A DNA stretch of 64,000 nt. Origin: Asterias rubens. Taxonomy: Eukaryota. The position numbers and the translations under genes were made by a program. Below, one piece after another: positions 36,621 to 48,842 of this stretch (the first letter of the stretch is position 1; the number at the start of each line of letters is the position of its first letter). Under the pieces are notes generated by a model. It saw only the letters and a list, made by a program, of their open reading frames with translations, was not told the DNA's origin and did no database searches. The stretch is taken from the NCBI RefSeq assembly GCF_902459465.1, contig NC_047068.1:434001-498000 (forward strand), given 5' to 3'.

Positions 36621-37825
36621 TTAAGTTCAAAATGATATTGTTTCCTGTACAAGGCGAGTTGATTGCATTGGGAACATCTTAAATGAATATTACCCACATA
36701 TCACCAACAAGTGGGTTTGAGAAACAGTTAAAGGAATAAATAGTGAAACCATATTTACTGATCGTTATCATAAAAAACCCACAAATCAAATCATATAAAA
36801 AGAAATTAAATATGACCCAAATAATATGGTGAATAATTTGAATTATGAGACTTCCGATTGGGATTAAAGACGCTACCATCTGTCTACGAAGGACAACGAT
36901 GGTCCTCTGATTATTGGAAGGTTCTGACCCAATGGGTCGCCAAGACAGAAAACAAATGTGCTGACCTTGGTGGCATATACCCGACTTATTATGAGGACAT
37001 AGGCAATTTTATGCCGGGCAGATACATTTGGAAAGCCATCAATAAGGTGGAAGCTGTTGGAATTACATGGTGGTTTGGGTACCATACATGCCATAGAATG
37101 ATAAACCACTACATTTCCTATTTAGACCTTTATCATGGTGAAGCCATCTTAAATTTCTCCCATTGATATTAATGTTACCAAACCGAGGCTGGAAGAACAA
37201 AATAGTCTGGTTCCCATTTGCAAAAATGATTAATAGCATTCATTATTGTTACAAGGTATATGACCAAGATGTGGTCAGCATGATAATGGTCTATACACGT
37301 TCAACGTGTCAACTGCATGCAAAGGCTGGTACAATCCCCTTAAAAACCCAGAAACCCAAGGTGAATCCATTTCCACTGCGCTCGATCGATCTCAAGTTAA
37401 TCCCTAGACTTTGTGGGTCTGCCATCCCCTTATCCGGTGGGGCTAAACTCGTCACATTAAAGAGCTTAGCTCCAATATGACGATAAACATTGCCAATCCC
37501 CTGTACGAGTCTGTAACGTGTGAAAGTGTGGATGGTTTTATGGATAAGGCCGGTGGCTAGATTTTCGTCGTGTGACGATTACATGGGTGGGGGAGACTCT
37601 ATTTTACTTTGGAGACAAAACAGCAGTAAATGATCCATTAAAATGTACAGTATTTATGGAGCCCAAGAAAAAAAAAAGTATCAATGTTTCACAAAGTTTC
37701 CAAGACCTAAAGTCTTCTTGAGTTTAAGTTGGAATGCTGTCATCTTTGAAAAGGGGTCTACAATTACAAACATGGCTCCGAGATGTAAGTTAGTATGTTA
37801 TAAATATTAGTCAACAAATAGTTAA

Positions 37826-38198
37826 AGACACTGAACACTAATGGTAATTGTCAAAGACCAGTCTTCTCACTTGGTGTATCTCAACATATGCATAAAACAA
37901 CAAACCTGTGGAAATTTGAGCTGGATTGGTTGTCGTAGTTGCGAGATAACTATGAAAGAAAAAACACCCTTGTCACACAAAGTTGTGTGATTTCAGACGC
38001 TTGATTTCGAGACCTCAAAAACTTGAGGTCTCGAAATCAAATTCGCGGAAAATTACTTGTTTCTCAAAAACTACGTCACTTCAGAGGGAGCCGTTTCTCA
38101 CAATGTTTTATACTATCAACCTCTCCCCATTACTCGTTACCAAGTGAGGTTTTATGCTGATAATTATTTTGAGTAATTACCAATAGTGTCCACTGCCT
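37826..38198 (-). mobile_element. Kolobok-like MITE family A (P1), full length
   Basis: TTAA at 37822 and 38199, TIRs, hairpin with shortened loop. Confidence 0.92.
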
Positions 38199-38254
38199 TT
38201 AAGGATTATGATTCACGGCATAAGTGGCAATAATTATTATTACTTGAAAAAGAA

Positions 38255-38365
38255 AGCGGTTACAGTCTTGTTCGACAGATGTCAGGACCGGGATTCGAAC
38301 CAACAACCTGATGAGTCTGCAACCAGATCTTGAGCCCACAGCAAAGATTGCTCGGACCATGGAGC
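38255..38365 (-). mobile_element. Decayed tRNA-SINE head related to the DeuSINE
   Basis: Minus strand TGGTCCGAGCAATC...ctcaagatctggttg...GGTTCGAATCCcggtcctgacatctgtcgaacaagactgtaacc. Confidence 0.5.
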
Positions 38366-39427
38366 TGGAACTTGGACAATGGGATCGGTTGGGGCCCAGT
38401 CTCGAGTTCCCGATATTTCCTTTCTTTCTTAGCAAAGCTTTATAAGACAAAAAATAGTGGAAAAACTCAAGTCTTTCAAGACTAACATTGTTTTTATCAA
38501 ATCCGGAACAAAGAGAACGAACAAAACAAGTGACAGACATGCCATAAATACACATTTTGACCTATTTTCATCTTGCAACGTTATGGTTATGGCTTCAGTT
38601 GGTGTAAATATTGCCATTAATTCGGAAGTGAGCATCTTGGGACCGAGGCACCGTGACGAGGCGACGGCGCCTGCCGTGCAGGGACCCGTGAGTGCCGGAT
38701 GAGGAGCGTACGCGAGGCACGCTGGTGGGCGAGGCCCGTCCCGGGAATATAATCTACGCCTTGGTTGGCCTGGCTTCTGATAAAAACAAGATCCACGATT
38801 TTCCAAAAATACGGAGAGTTGAAAACACGATGACGTGATTCGTGCACTTGACTGTGTCTCACTCACAGTATAACCAGAAATATTATGTACTAGGTGGTTG
38901 TGGTATATGGGTTGGTGTGTGCGGGGGGGGGGGGGGGGAGGTGATGTCGAAGGATAGAGCAGACATGTAGCTTTCTAAATGCAACACATGAGGAAATGGC
39001 CGACCATACTTAACTTTTGAGTACAGTGTTTTTCGGTTTTCTATGGCACTGTTTTGAGGAAATCAGCTGATCAGCTGATCAGCTGAAAGGTTGTATGCCT
39101 GACTAGATAGAGGTATTACTGGGGGAAGGGTAGAGGCAACGGGGAAGGGGGCGTTGGGGTGGTAAGCTCAGTTACGGACTGAAACATAAAACAAAGTGAA
39201 TTAATAACCATAAGGAAACACAGGCGAAGGCACACTATACACAGGCATTCCTATAACACAGAGAAAATGTGGCATTCCTATACAGAGAAAATAACTATGT
39301 TTATCTATAGGATGTAAAATAATTTACTCTTGCAAAAAAAAAAAAACAACAACAATGCTTTAAATTCCTTGCCATGTGGCACTGCTTGGGTGTAGGATCG
39401 GTCACTAGTCTATGATGAGTGTTGGTC

Positions 39428-39689
39428 AGGCCAAAATTGTTCTGTACGTACGGATTACAGATTCGTACGTACAAAATACTAACTCGTGGTACGTGCAAGT
39501 TACTATTCCGTACGTACACATTATTAAAACGTACTTACGATTGGCTAATTCGTACGCAACGATTCATACTCTGTACGATACGGTAATCTGTGTACGTACA
39601 TTGCATATTAGTAAAACCGTACGTACGAATTCCTTATTTGTACGTACCCAATAGGAAGTAGAACGTACGAAATAAAATGGTCCTTAGTA
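39428..39689. repeat. Degenerate ~21-bp CGTACGTAC array ending in CTTAGTA, probable old relative of the 30338 element
   Basis: Units such as GCTAATTCGTACGCAACGATT and ACAGATTCGTACGTACAAAAT parallel ACTAATTCGTTCGAACGGATT; followed by the same terminal heptamer. Confidence 0.55.
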
Positions 39690-40221
39690 ACACACTTTGA
39701 TACAAAACACATGTATAGGTGCCTCCCGTTAATTTTATCCACAGTTGTGGTACATGTAACCATAGCAAAATAAAACCCCAAAGTGTCCCGTACAGGACAT
39801 CATGATACAAAACGCTCACAGCTGCAACAGCTCGGCCAAACCAGCAAGAAATGTGTTCTTCTATTCAAGACGACTTAACTCAAATCCAGATAATAAAAAA
39901 ACCTAACCAGTATTATTATTACAGGCTGGGCAGAAAATGTGTGGAACCGTTTGGCAGTACGAGGGGGGAAATTATAACAATTTCCGGGTTTTGTTAATAA
40001 TATCATATTGGCACATGACAAAAAGATTGGTGGTGAGACTGGGAAGAGGGTGGGGGGGGGGGGGGGTTAGGAGGCGCACCTGTTGGGTAGATCATGGGGT
40101 ATATTTAGGGGTAACATGACTGGCAGGTTGGTAGTGTACAGTAATTTTTCATTCAGTCATCATTACCACGTTTGCTGACTTTTTTTTCACGAGGTGGATC
40201 TGTGACGATGGAGGGCCAGTA

Positions 40222-40308
40222 GTACCGAATCAGGGACCCTTTGCCTTGCTGACACTACTACACTACTACTTATAGTAATGTCAGGGCAAGGGGTCCTTGA
40301 TTCGGGAC
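40222..40308. repeat. Small fold-back (MITE-like) inverted repeat
   Basis: CCGAATCAGGGACCCTTTGCCTTGCTGACA..TGTCAGGGCAAGGGGTCCTTGATTCGG. Confidence 0.6.
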
Positions 40309-43300
40309 AGTCTTAGCATAGAGTATGGTCTTAGTGACCGTCCATATTCGGACCACTACCTCCATGGTCGGACTGAACATAATATTTAAGTACGTGTCCA
40401 TGGCATAGGTGTATACATGAAGTTGGAAGGGTGGGATGGGGGGGGGGGGGGGGGGGGGTTGAGCGGGGCCAGAATGAACGGAGCCATTTAATTGTGAATT
40501 GTTTCGATCTCAATGTGAAGGGGGTGGGGGCGGGGGCGGTAGGGTAAGGGTTGTCAACTCCCGCCCCGTGCCCCTCTGGTTATTACGCCACTGGTCCCTA
40601 GTCAAACAAAGTTAAAATTATCATAGAAGGTGTGTAATGGTTTGTTGAGCATTTTATATTATAGACTGATTTTGATAAACATTGAAGAAACCTGCCATAC
40701 TGAGACAAAATGAAGCTCTTCTGGTTATAACCTCCTTTATAGATCTTGCATATGAGGTGCATGTTTAGGGTTTGTGCTTGCTCACATTAGCTGATGTGGA
40801 AAGCCATCGTTTTCGAACCTTAAGGTCTTGTCAAAAATAGCTCTCCAGCTCCGGCTTGATGGACTCCGTGAGTAAAGCTTGAGAACTGTACACTAACTTT
40901 AGCACCCGAAATATCAAAGATTGCCCAAGTTTCTAATAGCACCGTTGAGTCTAAATTAGACAAATGGACACCAAATGGTGTAGACCCTACAACAATGAGG
41001 AAGCAAACCTATATTAAGACCAACTGGATTATTCAGAAAACACCCTTCTCAATGTGTTCAAACCACTGAGCAAGAAACCGATGGTTATTGCTTTCACTTT
41101 GTAAACGTAGTCTGCTAAAAACATTGTATGTTTTTCCCCTTTACACAGCGGGCACATGTTGTTGACGAGAGCAGAGCCTAACAAGGTCTTCAGGGTGAAT
41201 CTATGGTGAAGAAATCAGCAGATTTATGTAGTTATAGCGACAGAATGTGTCTTAAAGTTATGAAGCCTTAATATTTTCAGTCATTCTTGTTTGTTTAACT
41301 GCTCAGCTCGTGCTGCCCTGAAATGCGTACAGACCACCTTTTGACACAATTACCTAGCTAAATAATAGCCTGGACCTAAATGTAGCCCCAACCCTGTATA
41401 CGCAAATGGAGCTTCAATTACATGTAGGTACAAAGCCGGGGCTACATAGGCCCGTGCTATATACGTAGGGCTCAAAATCGAGGCTACATTCAGGTCCGGG
41501 TTATGTTTAGGACTCATAGGTGCAGAGTTTGGATAATACATCTAGGTCTGGGCTTCGTTGTAGCATGGTTATATAGAGCAAGGGTTATAGTTACATTAAG
41601 TTGAGCTACATTATTTTTTTTTTAAAAGAATGATGACATTTCACAGTGCATTAACTTGCTTTGTTTACAGCGTGAATGGTTCAGGTTATAACCTATTACA
41701 TGTACATATTCCCTTTAAAGTGCACAGTGTAAGTTTAAGTATGAGTTCCACGCGTCTGATATCGGCACTTGATTGCCGAGCATCAACTGTCCCAATTTCC
41801 GTAAGGTCGCAGGTGCGTTCACCGTCACAGTTGGGCCTAAAACCAGGTCGTGAACTTCCTTCCACTAGTTTTGTCTCAAAGGTATATGATTGGATGCGTT
41901 TTACGGCAGTATTGCCGAGGGCCAAGACGACGCCTGAGCTGCGCTCCGGCTGCCTCTCTCGATCAGGGAACCGCTGAACGTTGCCCGAACTTCCGAATCG
42001 CTTCTCACTTGCCTTTTAGAGTCGATACAAACAACGCTGTACCCTTTTGATGGGTCCGCTGAGCCGAAATTGGTACACGTAAGCATAGACGTAAGCGCAA
42101 GGGCTTTGCGAGTGTAAAGAGATCTGGGACAGTTCTGCAGTGTTGCAGTTTTGGAGACTTTTGCCATCAGTTATGAAGTAATGCCCTTGAAGAAAAATAC
42201 AATAATACAATCATGTTTGATCATGGAGTAAGGACAGGACCCCAACTAGATTAAGCTGTTTACCGGAAACTAATGTTTGCACTAATCAAGTTAGCATAAA
42301 CGATCAACAAGATTTTGACACTCCACAATTTTGACACTGTTGCATCTGCTAATACAAGACTGCTCTAATTTTGCTAAGCATAATATGAAATAGACGCTGA
42401 ATAAAGGAACGTTCTCTCAATCAAGATTGTCAGCGTGCAAGGATTTATGATTTTTTTTTTTAAAGAATGAACGCCAACTTCAAAATCACCCGCCAGTTCA
42501 GGACAAGCAAGATTTAACTGTGAGAACTTGTCTTTCCAATTCACTATCACGCTCATCGGTAAAGTATACGATACGTGAACAGGGGAAAAAAGAACTAGCA
42601 TACTATCATTAGCATTATTATCAAAACGGTAAATCGAAAAATACACAAGAACAACAGAACTGCCTTGTAAAAAGCAAAAATGTACAGGTTATAAAGAACT
42701 ATACCATTCAGTATTTGTGGTTAAAATAAAGCAAAACGAATAGCGAATAAGGAACTGCATACTGGCATTGTATGATTCATGTCTACTATAAACTAGTAAT
42801 GTCCGTCCTTTGTCATCATTACCAACCCAACGAGCATCGAACGGAAGCTTTTGCAACAAATTGGTACTCTATTTATTTTTTTGCAATTGACTTTTTAAAA
42901 ACATTGTTACTTTATCTCTGTAATGTTTAACTCAGATCGTGTAGTACATATACATGATGAAGAGGGGGTAAAGAGCATGGTTTGCCGGAATCAATCATTC
43001 AGTTGAAACCATTCCGAAGCAGAGCCTCGTCCCACCCACCAGGCTCCACGGTTCATGGGCCCGGGATTTTATACTCGAGGGCTGGTGAGATGTCACACCT
43101 GTTGATGGTGCCGACTGCGATGTGAAAACGGAACAAGTAACTGAAAACTATATCTTTACTCTACCGTGGGCATGATTCGCATTCAAAAGATATTACATCG
43201 GCACCGTGCAGGCTCAGTCAATGTTCAAATTTGTAGAATAATGTGCATTAAAAACCAGCCGAAAATGGATACCATACCAAGAAGTAAATTAGGCCCTATC

Positions 43301-44156
43301 AGTTTGTGAATAGTTTGGGAACGGTTCGTTCTATTTTGTTGCGTCTGAAAAGCATCACTACAGCTGTGTGTTAGAAAAACAAATGAACATAACTCGCCCT
43401 GGCCCTCGACTAAGCCAGGATTCGAACCGGGTTCCCACAAAAAATACATATAGCAGCAATAGTGTCATACCTTAACGTGAGACCATTGTTCTATGGTCTC
43501 AGAACATAGAACAATGATCACCTTGAGATTATTTAAGATGTGGTGGACACATTGTTACTGCACTTGTTTGGGTCAATTTGGCTGTAGACACCCAAACCGA
43601 ACAGTGCACTCCTATGGTGTCCGCCATGTCTAAAAAAGGGCTAACAGAGCAATGGACAGACCAAAATGCAAACTTGCACAACACCATGGCCAAGAGGATG
43701 ACACCATGTATGCCATTTGAGTCAAAGACCTACGAAAAACCACAGTTTTCTAAGTCATTTCAACAAATCTGTTCCCTCCAGTGTCCATGATGGAACAATA
43801 CGAGCGGGATGTTGCTTAATATGAGCATATGAGGCGTCTTTTCTATATAGCTGCGAGTAATTACAGCATCTTGCTGTATGACAGATGTCATGAGGATGAA
43901 CAGGGACAAATTAAAACCCACCAGGGTCTCGCCGAGCTACAAATGAGCATCCCCTACAACTCGAACCAGGCCTGGTTTCCGGCCACTAATTAAAGCCCCC
44001 GTCGGACAAAAAGGTTTTGCTGCAAGATTTGTGTATGTTGGTATTATTAGGCCTACTAAATAAGAGAAGGGGAAAATGAGATAATGTGATCTGCGGTTCG
44101 TCTGTGCATGGAGACAGGAATACATCAGCACAAACAGTTCCAACTTTTTTTAACCG

Positions 44157-44560
44157 ATGATCTATGATCGGAAAAGGGTACCAGAGAACGGTAACCTCCA
44201 GCGTCGCTCTGATTACAGTTTAAAAAGAGCAATTTAAGATCCGTGTATTATCGCTGACGAACCGAAGCAAGAAAAAAAGCCGAAAACTGAAGTTTGAAGC
44301 CAAAATTCAAAGCCCGATGCTGCGCAGACAAAGCCCAAACCCACGATTGAGCCGAATCCAGAGCAAGAGCAAACTGCCGAACCCCAAAAGCCAAGACCAG
44401 TAGTGGTCGATGTGACGAATCTTGCAAAAAAACACAAAAAACACAAAAAACAACCAGCAATTGCCGTTGATACCAAGTAAATTGAAAACACTAACAGAAC
44501 AATGGCGGCATAATCTAATTGGAATGTTGTTCTCTCGAAATTCCACTTTTTTTTTTGACT
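44157..44560 (+). pseudogene. Decayed K/P/E-rich coding relic, probably from a mobile or viral element
   Basis: One frame reads MIYDRKRVPENGNLQRRSDYSLKRAI*DPCIIADEPKQEKKPKTEV*SQNSKPDAAQTKPKPTIEPNPEQEQTAEPQKPRPVVVDVTNLAKKHKKHKKQPAIAVDTK*; the antisense frame is open for 122 codons. Confidence 0.35.
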
Positions 44561-45589
44561 AAAACTCGGTAGATTTGGGAGTTCAATGGGTTCGGTATAC
44601 ACTAATCACTTTGAGAGCACGAATTAGTGCATCCTCCAGGTTAAGGTTTTTCTCAATCTACTCTAGCTGAAGGTGGTCTTTAGTGTCCGGCCCTGCTAGC
44701 TCTGGGGTTCGTCCTTGCAACTTGCTCGAATTACTCGGTAATTATGATCAAGACGACCCTACAAGAGTCATTAGTGTTTCATTTCGACGCTGTGAAAGCA
44801 CCAGGGTTAACTAAGCAAACACGGGTATCCTATAGGGAATGAGTCATCGTTGTGAGTTGTTGGCGGATGTGACGGGTTGGGGTTTGAAGGGGGAGGGGCA
44901 GAGGGTTAGGACCGTGAAGCTCCATGGTTTCAGAGCCCGTGAATACAAATATTTGAAACAGATTTCAAATTGGACCGTCCAGTTCAGGCAACGATCAAAT
45001 TAGGCCCGAGCACCGTCATTTTCGTAGGCTAACTGGTTCGGGTATAGTTTTGCAAAACCAACAGTGCACTCATGTCCACCGTATCTCAAAAGTCGGGACA
45101 ATAATTCGCCATTGGAACCGTAAGTTCACGCCAGTCAAAACGTCTAAAACAAAATAATCTGCCAAATCAAATCCACTCCTGACAACAAACAAAAATGTTC
45201 ATGTACGACGACTCAAATTGGCTGCATTTTAACTTCAAGTCAATTTTGGTTTCAGCTTATACAATCTTTGCTCTTTACGTGCTTTATGACAACACCTCAC
45301 ATCTCAAAATGTCATTCTGATATGTTGATACAGCACAAGATGAAATTTACAAGACAATGACAGTGGATAAGTCAACAGCAAAGAAAACAGGTTTATAACT
45401 CAGGAATATAAAACTCAGGATAAGACCATTTAGCAACAACAAGAAAGCTTCGTAATAGCACCCCACAAATGTTTTTTTTACCCAAAGTTCCAATGTCTCA
45501 ATCCGAAGTTTATGAGCAGACGTTTTATTAAGTGGGCTTTCTCCCTCCTTTGGACACATTTCTAAAAAGAAAAACTGCTCACCACTTAA

Positions 45590-45736
45590 AGGAAAACCAC
45601 GCAATTTCGGTGCATGTTTGTGTGAAATCATTGTATTCTACTTTTACAACATCTTTCTACCCATATCCATTTTAAAAAACTTGGTTACAAACGCTTTTCA
45701 AAGACCAACTCGACCGATCCAAGGCAACGTGTTCCT
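45590..45736. mobile_element. Kolobok-like family B segment
   Basis: Ends ...CCGATCCAAGGCAACGTGTTCCT|TTAA; reverse complement matches 54698-54840. Confidence 0.8.
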
Positions 45737-45740
45737 TTAA

Positions 45741-46120
45741 AGGCAGTGGACACTATTGGTAATTACTCAAAATAATTATTAGCATAAAACCTTACTTGGT
45801 AACGAGTAATATGGGGAGAGGTTGGTAGTAAAAGACATTGTGAGAAACGGCTCCCTCTGAAGTGGAGTAGTTTTCGAGAAAGAAGTAATTTTCCTCGGAT
45901 TTGATTTCGAGACCTCAAGTTTAGAATTTGAGGTCTCGAAATCAAGCATCTAATAGCACACAACTTCGTGTGACAATGGTGTTGTTTCTTTCATAGTTAT
46001 CTCGCAACTCCGACGACTAATCGAGCTCAAATTTTCACAGGTTTGTTATTTTATGCATATGTTGAGATAAGGCAAGTTAGAAGACTGGTCTTTGACAATT
46101 ACCAATAGTGTCCACTGGCT
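45741..46120 (+). mobile_element. Kolobok-like MITE family A (P1), sharing its left TTAA with family B
   Basis: TTAA at 45737 and 46121, TIRs, hairpin. Confidence 0.92.
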
Positions 46121-48495
46121 TTAACTCATAAAACATTATTTCCGTTGGTGATAATCTAAAACAAAACTTGGTTCATCTTAGCGACTTGTTCAAACGTCCC
46201 ACAAAATCCAGGGACAATGCCAAAACGACACGTTTTATACGTGCATTATTTTAGGCGCCCCAAAAAAGAAACCGTTGTCAAACGCCGTGAACCTTTGTCA
46301 TCAGTTACCCCTGGGGACGAGCTTGTCCGTGAACTGCGACAATGTTTATCTTAACATTTCGACCCCGGTGATCTTGAACGTGTATTACACCGTGTATTAA
46401 CCCAGTTCGGGGGGTTTGTCCTGGTGTTAATGCGAGTGCGTAAGGAACAGACTTCGACCCAAACCTATAGTCAGGTTGGATGCAGGACATTAATTCGGCA
46501 TTGGAACCATTAGCTCACGCCAAACGAAACGTCGACAAACAAAACAATCGCGGCCATTTCAAATTCTAGTCTACAGACAGCTATTTTTGACTGAGGATTA
46601 AATAAACAAAACAAGTTCAAGTCACTGTGATAAATATTAAAACATTAAATATTTTTGAACGACTATAGCTACCATGACATGGTGAGCCTTTCGGGCAATG
46701 CAATAATCGAAACTCCAGTAGAAATTTGCTGGCCTGAAGCCTACTAAAGAATGATCAAATGAATTCTTCTTTAAAAGATAAAAAATAACTATAGTTCACA
46801 TAATTTCTGTTCCGAAATCACTGACCCTGTTTGAGAAAGAGAAGGAACCTTGCTGTCCTGGATGCTCTTCACACTATTTTAGTGGCGCCAAAAGTGTGTC
46901 CGCAGTCACAGCGAATGCACCATTTGACAACGGTGGCATAAAGGCATGGCATGGAGGACGGTGTAGCAGGAGTGCAGCTGCTGACAGAGAAAAATCAGAG
47001 TACGGGCGGCACTCCGAACTTGTTCTGCCTTCTCGAACGTCGTCAACGAACAGTTGCATTTCGAAAAGCACATGCAACAGTTGCATTCTAATAGTAATAC
47101 AGCACATGCAACTTCTCTGTACTATTCTGCAACCACATTCAATGTATAAACGAAACACATTCTGCAGGCTTCGTCACAGTCCGCCATTTTGTTTTTTCTT
47201 GCACACGCAAACCAAATCGACTCAACAGTCTGGTACCTTTTTATGACATGCTTTATTTATCGTTACAACAAGCTATAAGGGAACTCCTAACAAATGTGTC
47301 GTGACGTCATAAAGGGAACTTCTTTTTATAAAATTAATGAAAAATATGGTAAGAAAAAAATGTCACTTATGACTGACAAAGTGGAGCAAAAGCTGAGAAA
47401 AGCGGCGATGTAAAATAGAACACTGGTTATGGCTCGGACCAGCTGAGGACGAGGCAGCCACGGACGCAAGTCTATGCCAAATGAAGAATTTCCGTTATGA
47501 TGACATTGGGGAGTCTAAAATAATAACACACATGGAGTAAGTTTTTGCAAAAAAAAAATGAAAAACAAAAAAACAAAGGCAGGAATAAAGAACAAGTCCA
47601 CGGCTTTCCGATTGTTTGATATGACAAGGCGGCCCGTCCAGTCATAAGGACCCCCGGCTGGGTACCATAACAAGCCCGGTGGGGAGCCTGGGTGACTCGG
47701 TGATGAAGCTGCGCTTCGTCAAACGGAAAAGTGCTGATTACAATTTCATTCAGTTCAGACTTTCTTAAAAGAACCGCTCCGCTGAAATGATTTCACATCT
47801 ATGATTATTTACTTTGAAAAAACCCCAGTTTGTTTATGTTAGTTCCGTGTACATGGTCTGTCATGGAATAGGAATATACCAAATCAAAGGAGAGAGGAAC
47901 ATAAGTAAAACACCAAACCAATTGTAACTTCTTCTCAAAAACCTTATCTTCGTAGATAGCCAAGTTAAAATGTGTCCAGTAATGATATTTTAATTATACG
48001 CATAGCACACTGATGATAATAAGTTCCCAGTTCCTAGTTCACAATTAATAATGTCAATTAGAAAAGTTTCTAATTCATGTCTCGTCATAAAACAGTCATT
48101 ACGATTTTGTATAAACACCTTTCGTTTTGTTGAGGACATGTTGCGCTTTTTATAACTCACTTCCCAACGAGGTTAATTTCATCAATAATAATAACAGTCA
48201 ATATTTTTGAACACACTGATCAGTGCCACGCGGCTAGGTCCCGCCGCCCTCACCTGCTACAGCTTACCGAGCCAGCTGGTTATAAACGACTTGAACCTAA
48301 CTCGGGCCACTTCGCTCCAAGTCCGCACAAGCCCAACACGACCCTTCTCGGCGTGAGCCAACCCACCTGACCAAATCCATCCCGTCCCGGGCGGTACCTT
48401 TGATACCAACACGGTGATTAGTCCCTAAATCTGCTCCTCATGTCTTCATAGAGTCCAGTGAAGAGTCATCGAGATGGTTAATTTTGTTTCCTTAA

Positions 48496-48842
48496 AGGCA
48501 CTGGCCACGTTTGGTAATTGTCAAAGACCATTTCTCACTTGGTGTATCCCAACATATGTGAACTGTTTGGGCTCCATAGGTCATCGAAGTTACAAGTGAA
48601 TATTGAAAGAAAAACACCCTTGGTGCATTAATTTGTGTGCTTTCAGATGCATAATAACTAAATAGCTTCACTGAAACCGTTTATTTGAGTGAGAAAATGC
48701 CTCATTCTCGAAAACTACGTTCCTTCAGAGGGAGCCGCGTTTCTCACAATGTTTGATCTAAATCAGCAGCTCGCTCTATTGCACGTTACCAAGTAAGTTT
48801 TTGTATGCAAACATTATTGTTTTGAGTAATTACCAAGTGCCT
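48496..48842 (-). mobile_element. Older family A MITE (degenerate P3-type palindrome)
   Basis: TTAA at 48492 and 48843; one TIR has an internal deletion. Confidence 0.85.

Noticed and set aside
44234-44602. 122-aa hydrophobic minus-strand ORF
   Set aside because: Its F/L/S/G/C composition is the typical antisense shadow of the K/P/E-rich plus frame.
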